A DNA stretch of 32,000 bases, taken from assembly GCA_030059665.1 (NCBI GenBank), contig JANVYR010000001.1:737668-769667 (forward strand), read 5' to 3'. Origin of the DNA: Candidatus Calditenuis fumarioli (GTDB lineage Archaea; Thermoproteota; Nitrososphaeria_A; Caldarchaeales; Calditenuaceae). This document shows positions 24,747 through 32,000 of the stretch, one piece after another. The notes below the pieces were generated by a model that worked only from the letters and a program-made list of their open reading frames with translations, was not told the origin of the DNA and ran no database searches. How positions within the stretch are numbered: position 1 is the stretch's first letter; each line of letters opens with the position of its first letter. A program made the position numbers and the translations under genes.

Positions 24747-25052
24747 GAACGCTTAACCCTTCTTAGGGTCAGTATCCGGTTAAAAGACAGATATGTAAGT
24801 TAATTGGCGCGATTCGGCAGTAGAGGTCTCATCCTAAATTATTCAGCTTCTACTCCACAGTAGACGACAATTTCGGCGAATTCATGATTACAAAGGTTTT
24901 TATGCAGCGAGTTGCCTTGCCTCTTTCAGATTCCATGAGTGAAGGATACTGAAAATCTCTAGAAAGGATGAAAATCATAATGGGTGGTAATTTATAACAA
25001 ATGGATTTGGATTTTGGCGAGATAAAAAATATGACACTAGAGGTTTGGTATC

Positions 25053-25451
25053 CTATGCCTTCCGAATATGTGGAGATGAATTGTGGTGATAACTACCGCG
25101 TGAAATCTCTTGAACATCTAATATGCGATATTCGTGAACCACTCCTGAGGTTGTAACGATCTTACTGTTGAAGATGTTTAGAGAAGTTAGGTCGTTTGGA
25201 CTTACCTCGCCCTTCTTGAGTATGACTAAGAAATGCCCTATATTCTTGTTGACCTGCGAACCTTTCACATATAATATACCTCTCATAGATTTAATACGCG
25301 ATTCGATGAACTCAACACATTTGCAACATGTCACCCCTTCTACAACTAACTTCACGTGTATAACTTCATTCCATTCTTCATCGTATAGCGGTACCGAGTT
25401 CTCAACGTCCAATCCTAGATGCTGAGGCCCGCAGCTAAAACTCTCTGCCAT
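25053..25451 (-). CDS. heavy-metal-associated (HMA) domain protein with a variant GVTCCKC metal site and N- and C-terminal extensions
   Basis: 132 aa: VKLVVEGVTCCKCVEFIESRIKSMRGILYVKGSQVNKNIGHFLVILKKGEVSPNDL matches the HMA ferredoxin-like pattern. The usual motif is GMTCxxC. Confidence 0.6.
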   Translation of the reverse strand: MAESFSCGPQHLGLDVENSVPLYDEEWNEVIHVKLVVEGVTCCKCVEFIESRIKSMRGILYVKGSQVNKNIGHFLVILKKGEVSPNDLTSLNIFNSKIVTTSGVVHEYRILDVQEISRGSYHHNSSPHIRKA

Positions 25452-25474
25452 TTCCTCGCGAAATCGCCCCTAAA

Positions 25475-25486
25475 CTTTTATAAAAA
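25475..25486 (-). promoter_or_regulatory. TATA-like box (TTTTTATAAAAG) for the HMA gene
   Basis: It lies 24-35 nt upstream of the ATG at 25451. Confidence 0.45.
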
Positions 25487-25582
25487 GATTTATTATTTAT
25501 ACTGCATTTGGGGGCTTAATTCCCCGACCTTCGCTCATCTCGTTCTCGTCAAGGGATTTACATATTCTCCTTAGAATTTCCC

Positions 25583-25864
25583 TTGGACATATACCCAGAT
25601 GCTGGCAGGTCTGTATTCCTTCCTGACAGGGAGAGGTGCCTGGCCTACCTCAGGAGGGTCAGGTTCAAGGGAAATCTCAAATGCGTCTACTGCGGTTCAT
25701 CCGAGGTCAGGAAGGACGGAAGGGACAAGAACGGATACCAAGTCTATGAATGCAATTCATGCTCATTCCTCAAGTCATTCCTATCGAGGTTAAGAAGCGT
25801 AAGTAAGAGTTACCTACAGGGATACCTGTCGTTCCTAGCGCTATTAATTAACAAGGTGGTTTAG
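25583..25864 (+). pseudogene. IS1595-family transposase with the catalytic DDE core deleted (N-terminal zinc ribbon fused to the C-terminal tail)
   Basis: 93 aa. The zinc-ribbon part reads FLPDRERCLAYLRRVRFKGNLKCVYCGSSEVRKDGRDKNGYQVYECNSCSF. It runs directly into LKSFLSRLRSVSKSYLQGYLSFLALLINK, the conserved tail of the family. Confidence 0.55.
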
Positions 25865-26116
25865 TATACTGCTATCCCTTACGATGCCTGGGTGAGCGCG
25901 ACCTTTTCCACCTCATGAGCCCCAATTTCCGGAAATTTTTGACGGAGCCTTCGCGATTTCTCGCGACTTGCTTCTCGATGAAAATTACTACTTAAATCTT
26001 ACCAGAAAGTTTATGTAAAAGTTTTTCTTCAATCGGAGAAGCTTTCCCTAAAAATCGCTTCTGCTACGCCAGGATGGTCGTCTCCAGCATGCAAATGACC
26101 ACGACCTCCACTTATA

Positions 26117-26437
26117 TTACTCTGCAAAGCTTGTACCAAAATTGAAGCCAATGCCAAGTACCCTACAAATCTCTTCGACCTCTTTCTGCAATTTCCTAAC
26201 ACCCTCCCTGTGCAGTCTCGACCTCTCTTCACCTGCTACATCATCTGAGATCACGTCGCTGCAGAACCGATAACAGCCTACGGACTCGTCATAATAACCG
26301 AACCATATCAGACTACCGTCTATCACCTTTTCAAATTGAAGTAGTGGCAATTGACTGCTAATGGACCAGCCACGCGCTATCAACTCCTTAAGCAGACTCG
26401 CCGCCTTCTCGCGTGGTATGTATACTGCGATCCCCAA
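26117..26437 (-). CDS. hypothetical protein
   Basis: The 106-aa track ORF has only a TTG start, 1 nt after the cobA stop. It is low-GC, unlike cobA. I recognise no motifs. Confidence 0.3.
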   Translation of the reverse strand: MGIAVYIPREKAASLLKELIARGWSISSQLPLLQFEKVIDGSLIWFGYYDESVGCYRFCSDVISDDVAGEERSRLHREGVRKLQKEVEEICRVLGIGFNFGTSFAE

Positions 26438-26438
26438 T

Positions 26439-27194
26439 TCACCGCACCTCTACCGCGACGGCCGATCTCGAATGTAGAGTCTTGCCCACCGTGACTACGT
26501 CGCCTATGATCAGGAGGGACGGAGAGCTCGAGTCGAGGTGGCCAGCAGCGTCGACGAGAGACCTGACATCTGTGAAGACTAGCCTTTGCCCATAGGTCGT
26601 TGCATTGGATACGATCGCTGCAGGCTTGTCTCCTAACCCTATCCCCTCCAATTGTAACTGGAGCTCGCGGGCCTTCGTCAACCACATCATGACGATCAAA
26701 GTATCCGCTGCACTGGCCAACCTACGTATATCGGTTACCCCTCCACCCATACTACTTCCCGACGTGATGCCTATCGAGGACGAGAGGCCCCTGAGCGTCA
26801 AAGGTATCAATGCGGCAGCCGGTGCGGCCGTAACGGAAGAGACACCGGGAACGACTTCTAGGTCAATACCGCGGGAGCTGAGGTAAAGCATCTCCTCACC
26901 GGTCCTGCCGAAAATTAGAGGGTCGCCACCCTTCAACCTGACGACCTTCTTCCCCTCGAGCGCTTTCTCAGCTATGATCCTGTTGACTTCTGCTTGCCTC
27001 CAGGACTCGCCCCTCTCCTTTCCGGCGTATATCAACTCTGCGTCTCTACAAAACCTGAGGATGTTGGGATCGACTAACCTGTCGTAAATTACTACGTCGG
27101 CCTCAGACAGCAGTCTCGAGGCCTTTAGCGTGAGCAGCTCAGGGTCACCAGGTCCAGCGCCGACGATGTAGACTTTACCTGCTCCCATCCCCAA
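26439..27194 (-). CDS. cobA: uroporphyrinogen-III C-methyltransferase (SUMT)
   Basis: 251 aa: VYIVGAGPGDPELLTLKA...VVRLKGGDPLIFGRTGEE...VVPGVSS. The start is TTG 27194 or ATG 27188. Confidence 0.9.
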   Translation of the reverse strand: MGMGAGKVYIVGAGPGDPELLTLKASRLLSEADVVIYDRLVDPNILRFCRDAELIYAGKERGESWRQAEVNRIIAEKALEGKKVVRLKGGDPLIFGRTGEEMLYLSSRGIDLEVVPGVSSVTAAPAAALIPLTLRGLSSSIGITSGSSMGGGVTDIRRLASAADTLIVMMWLTKARELQLQLEGIGLGDKPAAIVSNATTYGQRLVFTDVRSLVDAAGHLDSSSPSLLIIGDVVTVGKTLHSRSAVAVEVR

Positions 27195-27828
27195 ACGCCT
27201 CGATTATCCTCATTGAGATCCTCATGGCTCCCTCCAGGTCCCGTGAGTAGAGGCGCTCAACCACGCACTGGTCGTGGATTACGGCCTCAGCGACGCTAGA
27301 CCTGACCGATGGCTCCCTGAACCTAGAGAGGAGAACGGGCCTGAGCGCCCCCAACAGCTCGACCTTCAGGGCGTCGAGCTCAGAGACTTGGGCCTCCAAC
27401 CTTCTCCTCAAGGACGAGGCCATATACGGACTCATGCCCCCAGTGCTGACTCCTACTTCTATAGGCCCCTTCTTGAAGCTGGCAGGAAGATAGAAGTCGC
27501 AAAGGTCTGGCATATCGGCGAAGTTCAGAAACCTGACCTTCGGGCTCAATACGCCCTTCAACTTCACCGCTAGAGACCTCTCCTTAACTGCCACCACCCC
27601 TATGTCGGCCACCGGGACCGAGGATGGGTCGAGGGATCCCAGATCCATGGCCTTGACCGAGAGCCTGTCACCATACGTCGCGAGGAGTTCGTGAAGACCC
27701 TCCTCGGCAGAGCCAGCGATGGCGATGACGCTCGCACCTCTATCCAAGAACTTCTTCACCTTGGAGACCATCTCCTCTCCCTCTCCAACTATCAGGACGG
27801 GACGACGTAGGACGACGTCTATCAGCAA
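27175..27828 (-). CDS. sirC: precorrin-2 dehydrogenase / sirohydrochlorin ferrochelatase (SirC/Met8/CysG-N type)
   Basis: 217 aa: RPVLIVGEGEEMVSKVKKFLDRGASVIAIAG (Rossmann fold) and GPIEVGVSTGGMSPYMASSLRRRLE. It overlaps cobA by 20 nt. Confidence 0.8.
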   Translation of the reverse strand: MLIDVVLRRPVLIVGEGEEMVSKVKKFLDRGASVIAIAGSAEEGLHELLATYGDRLSVKAMDLGSLDPSSVPVADIGVVAVKERSLAVKLKGVLSPKVRFLNFADMPDLCDFYLPASFKKGPIEVGVSTGGMSPYMASSLRRRLEAQVSELDALKVELLGALRPVLLSRFREPSVRSSVAEAVIHDQCVVERLYSRDLEGAMRISMRIIEAFGDGSR

Positions 27829-28253
27829 CCCCTCTCACCCTCAAGGATTGAAGTGACGATGACCTGTAACGATCGGGGACTCGCCAACGTCGGCCCTCCG
27901 ATCTCCGCTTCTTCGACAAGTACCTCCCTCTCCAGCTTGCAGGCATAACACGCGACCCTAACGATTAGGACTCCGCCTTCAAGCCTCCTCGGTCTTCCCC
28001 TGAGAAGCCAGTGGTGTTTCCCTCCGCACTTCCAGTAACCCCACGTCTCCCTCGCTATGAACCTCAAGAGGTCTTCGGAGACGTGATCGAAAACGCGGAC
28101 TTCCGCTATGCCTTTGGAGGAAAGCACCTCGCTCAACGCGTTGCGGTCACACCTCCCAAAGGCCAACCGCATCACTAGGTAGTCGAGACCGATCTCACAT
28201 GCCTTAAGCAGTAACTCCCTCACCGCCTCTCTCATTGATGACGTGCCACCCAT
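27822..28253 (-). CDS. hypothetical protein with a putative Cys/His zinc site (KCGGKHHW ... CYAC), embedded in the sulfate-assimilation operon
   Basis: The 143-aa track ORF overlaps sirC by 7 nt and the upstream ORF by 50 nt. I do not recognise the family. Confidence 0.5.
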   Translation of the reverse strand: MGGTSSMREAVRELLLKACEIGLDYLVMRLAFGRCDRNALSEVLSSKGIAEVRVFDHVSEDLLRFIARETWGYWKCGGKHHWLLRGRPRRLEGGVLIVRVACYACKLEREVLVEEAEIGGPTLASPRSLQVIVTSILEGERGC

Positions 28254-28512
28254 CGACTTCCACCCAAGCAGCTATACCCCTCAGGACGACCGTTCTTGAG
28301 CGGATGTCAATGGAGGCGTAAGGCTGGTCCGAGACTCGAACCCTGCCGAAGGTGTGGTGCTTCAGGTACTCATAACACGCACTTATAGCAAGGGCCTCGT
28401 CGGTGTGCTGAACTCCTGTAGATACCTCGTCTATTCTTCGGAGCAATGAGACCAACCTCTCGAGGTTGCCCTTACCTACGAACCTCCCATTAAGTAGAAC
28501 ATCAATCTCCAA
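28204..28512 (-). CDS. hypothetical protein, embedded in the sulfate-assimilation operon
   Basis: The 102-aa track ORF has a TTG start that overlaps the cysH 3' end by 11 nt. I do not recognise the family. It could be one gene with 27822..28253 if there is a frameshift. Confidence 0.45.
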   Translation of the reverse strand: MEIDVLLNGRFVGKGNLERLVSLLRRIDEVSTGVQHTDEALAISACYEYLKHHTFGRVRVSDQPYASIDIRSRTVVLRGIAAWVEVDGWHVINERGGEGVTA

Positions 28513-29326
28513 CTCGTCTCACCCCTCCCTTCAGGATAGTTGCGAGTTCCTTCTCGAAGCCGCCAGTGTATATGCTGCAGTGCATGCCGCACTCCTTAGG
28601 AGCGTCCCTCTCCCACCACCACCTGCCAGCCCTTGGATCCTCACCGGGGGAAACGGGCCTAGTGCATGGGGCGCATCCTATGCTCTTGTAACCCTTATCG
28701 TAAAGGGAAACGTAAGGAACCCTCCTCTCCCTAACGTACTTCCACACGTCCTCGTACGTCCAATCCGCTAACGGGTTTACTTTCAAAATCCCACCGTGGT
28801 CGTGATCCACCTCCACTTTCCGGACGTTGACCCTGCTGGCCCACTGTTCCCTCCTAAGCCCTGTGATCCACGCGTCGAGGTTCGCGAGGTATCTCTGGAG
28901 TGGTCTCACCTTCCTTATATGGCAACAGAGCAATCTAAGGTCAACGCTCTTGTAGAAGAGATTGAATCCATACCTGTAAACCATCTCAGCGACTTCCTTC
29001 TCGTCCGGGAAGATCACCTCTATTTTGATCCCATAGTGGTCTCTAACTATGTCGACGTATTCGTAGATCTCCTGGGGCAACCTGCCCGTATCTATGATGA
29101 ATGCCCTTACTTCGCTGTTGATCCTATATGCGATATCGAGGACCACGGCGTCCTCTACCTGTCCACTGAACGCTATGGCAACTCTGGGGTGGTAGTTCTC
29201 GAGTACGAACCTGACTAGGTCCTCAGCGGGCCTCATCTCGTACTCGAGCGCTAACGCTTCGGCCTCCAGGTCATCCAAGACTGTCCTCCTCCTGGACGAA
29301 ACGCCAGGTTCGGCCATCGAACTCAC
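28502..29326 (-). CDS. cysH: assimilatory adenylyl-sulfate / phosphoadenylyl-sulfate reductase, Fe-S cluster (APS-reductase-like) type
   Basis: 274 aa with the catalytic ECGMH motif. It also has the CC...CxxC cluster ligands (LLCCHIRKV, SIGCAPCT) typical of APS-using enzymes. GTGA overlap with sir. Confidence 0.9.
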   Translation of the reverse strand: MSSMAEPGVSSRRRTVLDDLEAEALALEYEMRPAEDLVRFVLENYHPRVAIAFSGQVEDAVVLDIAYRINSEVRAFIIDTGRLPQEIYEYVDIVRDHYGIKIEVIFPDEKEVAEMVYRYGFNLFYKSVDLRLLCCHIRKVRPLQRYLANLDAWITGLRREQWASRVNVRKVEVDHDHGGILKVNPLADWTYEDVWKYVRERRVPYVSLYDKGYKSIGCAPCTRPVSPGEDPRAGRWWWERDAPKECGMHCSIYTGGFEKELATILKGGVRRVGD

Positions 29327-30936
29327 CTCTTAGTAGCCATGAACTGGAGGCCCTCCTCGCCGCCCATGAGCCTCACCAGCTCCTCTGGAGACTTCGAGCG
29401 AATGAAGTCCCTGAAGTTTGTGAATCCTGACGTCTTATAGGCCTTGAGGAGGTTGGCTATCCAGCCCGGTATTAGCTCCGCCGGGACTCTCCTAGCAGTC
29501 ACGGACCCTATGCTCGCGTCGAGTCCGTAACCGCCGCCGAGGATCACGTCAAAGGCGTACTTGACTCCCGTCGGGGTCCTAATAGTCGTGCCCTGGAGAC
29601 CTATGTCACCGAGCCAGTGTTGTCCGCACGCATGTGGGCAACCGTCGAGGTTTATCTTCACATCCATATCCAAGAGACCCTCCAGCTCTAGCCTCTTCAA
29701 TATCCTGATGAGCATGACCTTAGTCTCGCCGACGGAATAATTGCAATATGGGTCGCCTGTGCAGGCAACACTGAGGGACTCGACCCTACGTGGTCTGAGC
29801 CCGAAGCCCAGCTTCGAAGCCCGCCTCAGGACCCTCTCCAACTCGCGCTCGGGAACGTTCACCGCTATGAGGTTCTGATGTTGGGTCACCCTGAGCTCTA
29901 TGCCATCACCTAAGGCGTCGAGGAGCCTCAACAGCTGCCTTCCGGTGAGGAGTCCTGCAGTGACCGACAAGCCCACCGAGTAGAGGCCCTCTTGTTTCTG
30001 GGGGTTCACGCCCAGATGGTCGATAACCCCGCGCTTCTGGGGCAGTGGGAGGACAGGATGGTCTTCAAGCCTCCGTCCTAGCCTCTCCTCCACCAGAATC
30101 CTGAGCTTCTCAACTCCCAGGTCGTCAACTAAGAACTTCAACCTCGCCCTCACGAAGGAGGCCCTGTAGGAAGGCATGTCGTACCAGACATCGATTATAG
30201 CCCGCACCACTTCCAACTCCTCGCCGAGCTCCACGAAGACCGGTAGGTGCCTCGATATCCTCGGAGACGAAGAGAGGCCTCCGCCGACTCTTATCGTGTA
30301 TCCCTTCCTTCCGTCTTCCTTCTCCACGCCTATCAGGGCGATGCAGTGCATCTCAGGAGCGTTGCACTGGTGCGGGCAGCTAGAGACGGTTATCTTGTGT
30401 TTTCTCGGGAGATTGCTGTATCTCCTGTTCCCGTAGAAGTATTCCGCCAGCTCGAATAGCGTGGGCCTCACGTCGAAGAGCTCCTCAGGGTTAACGCCTG
30501 ATAGGGGGCAGGAAGTGATGTTCCTTACCGTATCTCCGCAACCGGCAGCCGTGGTCAGTCCAACATCGAGCAGCCTCGAGAAGACCTCGGGTACGTCCTC
30601 TAGCCTGATCCAATGGAGCTGGACGTTCTGCCTGGTAGTCAACTCTATGTATCCCCTTCCAAACGCCTCGGCAATCTCCGCAATGGCCTTTGCCTGTTCC
30701 CAGCTCAGGATTCCTCCCGGTAACTTTATCCTGACCATGAAGTACCCAAGCCTTGGCTTGTCGTGGTAAAGCCCCCACCACTGGAGCCTTACAACGTCCT
30801 CCTCAGGTATAGCTTCGTAGCCCTTGTCTATCAGGCTGTATATCTCGTCCAGGACGTCCAGCGGGTGCTTCTCGAGCTTCATGCGCTCCCTGGGGTTCCT
30901 TCTCAACGCCTCCTCCATGCTGACAGACCCTGACAT
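29323..30936 (-). CDS. sir: assimilatory sulfite reductase (siroheme/[4Fe-4S] hemoprotein, ferredoxin-type)
   Basis: 537 aa: TTRQNVQLHWI, AGCGDTVRNITSCP, and the siroheme-cluster cysteines CTGDPYC ... CPHAC. Confidence 0.9.
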   Translation of the reverse strand: MSGSVSMEEALRRNPRERMKLEKHPLDVLDEIYSLIDKGYEAIPEEDVVRLQWWGLYHDKPRLGYFMVRIKLPGGILSWEQAKAIAEIAEAFGRGYIELTTRQNVQLHWIRLEDVPEVFSRLLDVGLTTAAGCGDTVRNITSCPLSGVNPEELFDVRPTLFELAEYFYGNRRYSNLPRKHKITVSSCPHQCNAPEMHCIALIGVEKEDGRKGYTIRVGGGLSSSPRISRHLPVFVELGEELEVVRAIIDVWYDMPSYRASFVRARLKFLVDDLGVEKLRILVEERLGRRLEDHPVLPLPQKRGVIDHLGVNPQKQEGLYSVGLSVTAGLLTGRQLLRLLDALGDGIELRVTQHQNLIAVNVPERELERVLRRASKLGFGLRPRRVESLSVACTGDPYCNYSVGETKVMLIRILKRLELEGLLDMDVKINLDGCPHACGQHWLGDIGLQGTTIRTPTGVKYAFDVILGGGYGLDASIGSVTARRVPAELIPGWIANLLKAYKTSGFTNFRDFIRSKSPEELVRLMGGEEGLQFMATKR

Positions 30937-31042
30937 CCTCTCGTAACGCGAGATGGAGCTTTCTCAAAAATATTTGTCATAATATCGCAAAATTAGTCAA
31001 GCATAATATTCAAATAGAACTATATAAGCATGCATCCACCGA

Positions 31043-32000
31043 ATGAACGCGCCTTACGGCGGAAGGCTCGTCGACCGCTTGGTCAAGGGAGGTAGGGCGG
31101 AGAAGTTGAGAGAGGAGGCACGGGAGCTGCAGCCGATTCGCTTGTCGGCGGAAGAGGAGCTGGACCTCGACAAGATCGCGATTGGAGCCTATAGCCCGCT
31201 CGAAGGGTTCATGACGAGGGAGGAGCTCGAGTCGGTCATTTCGAAGGGGGAGCTGCCGAGTGGGCTTCCGTGGACAATCCCCATTCTCCTGGATGCCAGA
31301 CGGGAGGAGGTTAGGTTCTCAGAGGGCGACGAGGTCAGGCTAGAGGGGGAGACGTTTGGCGCGCTTGGTGTCATGAGGGTAGAGGAGATCTACGAGGTGG
31401 ATCAGAAGGAGGTGGCCCAAAGGGTCTATGGTACCCTCGACCCGCGTCACCCTAACGTGCGGAGGCTGCTCACCAAGGGTGAAGGTGTAGCCATAGGAGG
31501 TAGAGTGGAGCTCATCGAAAGGCCGGCATTCAACGGTGTCGTGGGGCCGTACGAGCTCACGCCTTCAGAGGTCAGGGCCTTGATAAGCGAAAGGGGATGG
31601 AGGACCGTGGTCGGATTCCAGTGCAGGAATCCGCCCCATCTCGGACACGAATACATACAGAGGCTAGCGATGGAGCTTTACGACGGCCTGCTGATACACC
31701 CCGTCACGGGGCTCCTGAAGGAGGACGATTATCCGCCTGAAGCTATAATCGAGGCCTACGAGGCCCTAGTCGGCAATTACTACCCGAAGGGAAAGGTCCT
31801 CCTAGCATCGCTGGGAATCGAGATGAGGTACGCCGGACCGAAGGCCGCCGTTTTCCTGGCTATCATCAGGAGGAATTACGGGTGCACTCACTTCGTCGTC
31901 GGAAGGGACCTGGCTGGCGTAGGGGGTTTCTACGACCCCTACGAGGCTCAACAGGTCCTCAGGAGCATGAGGGACGAGTTGGGAATAGAGCCGATCTGCG
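31043..32000 (+). CDS. sat: sulfate adenylyltransferase (ATP sulfurylase); 3' end beyond the window
   Basis: Found by my own translation from the ATG at 31043; it is not in the track because it runs off the edge. It reads MNAPYGGRLVDRLV... and carries GFQCRNPPHLGHEY and VVGRDLAGVG motifs. It is stop-free to 32000. Confidence 0.9.
   Translation, partial: MNAPYGGRLVDRLVKGGRAEKLREEARELQPIRLSAEEELDLDKIAIGAYSPLEGFMTREELESVISKGELPSGLPWTIPILLDARREEVRFSEGDEVRLEGETFGALGVMRVEEIYEVDQKEVAQRVYGTLDPRHPNVRRLLTKGEGVAIGGRVELIERPAFNGVVGPYELTPSEVRALISERGWRTVVGFQCRNPPHLGHEYIQRLAMELYDGLLIHPVTGLLKEDDYPPEAIIEAYEALVGNYYPKGKVLLASLGIEMRYAGPKAAVFLAIIRRNYGCTHFVVGRDLAGVGGFYDPYEAQQVLRSMRDELGIEPIC

Larger units (their letters stand above)
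25456..25966 (+). mobile_element. possible MITE-like deletion derivative of an IS1595-type element
   Basis: An imperfect inverted repeat, TCGCGAAATCGC (25456-25467) versus GCGATTTCTCGCGA (25953-25966), brackets the truncated transposase ORF. It matches 12 of 13 positions with one indel. Confidence 0.3.

Noticed and set aside
25505-25525. GGCTTAATT 9-mer shared with the sequence just 3' of tRNA-Thr (about 20354-20362), considered as a possible att duplicate
   Set aside because: Only 9 nt match and none of the tRNA body is included. A chance match is plausible in 32 kb.
1-32000. CRISPR arrays, rRNA genes and long terminal inverted repeats around the cox island
   Set aside because: I saw no regularly spaced repeats and no rRNA-like conserved blocks. 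Comparing 8165-8300 with the reverse complement of 13956-14045 showed no similarity.

Overview
The window looks archaeal, probably Thermoproteota/TACK-like. Support: TATA-like boxes sit 25-33 nt upstream of several start codons (leaderless style), AGG/ATA codon use is heavy, one tRNA has a non-canonical intron, and genes are packed with 4-nt ATGA/GTGA overlaps. By eye, not computed, the sequence is a compositional mosaic. (1) 1-8160, very GC-rich housekeeping: THUMP RNA methyltransferase, DUF1634 + TauE permease pair, orphan NuoL-like subunit, orphan sucD, phnDCE-type ABC transporter. (2) 8132-8164: a truncated tRNA 5' half, followed by a low-GC island (8165 to about 14040) with gene debris and a minimal form-I Mo-Cu CO-dehydrogenase cluster (coxM-coxS-coxL plus an XdhC protein fused to a YHS/TRASH metal-binding domain). 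(3) 14040-19030, GC-rich again: a frameshifted gene stub, small membrane proteins, a HerA/FtsK-like ATPase and two membrane-anchored winged-helix proteins. (4) 19030-20250: a compact IS110-family DEDD recombinase gene flanked on both sides by strongly structured non-coding segments, next to an intact tRNA-Thr(GGU) carrying a 25-nt D-arm intron. (5) 20350-24570: a metal/mercury module (Lrp-TRASH regulator, thioredoxin-like protein, Cys-Cys membrane protein, merA). (6) 24570-26440: an AT-rich islet with an HMA-domain protein and an internally deleted IS1595-type transposase. (7) 26440-32000: a tightly overlapped six-gene sulfate-assimilation/siroheme operon (sir, cysH, two unknown ORFs, sirC, cobA), divergent from sat. 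I saw no rRNA genes and no CRISPR array. Many long track ORFs in the GC-rich blocks are shadow frames. The candidates I rate most worth follow-up are the IS110-like gene with its structured flanks, the Cys-pair mercury module, the tRNA-bracketed accessory block and the ATPase/membrane-wHTH module.
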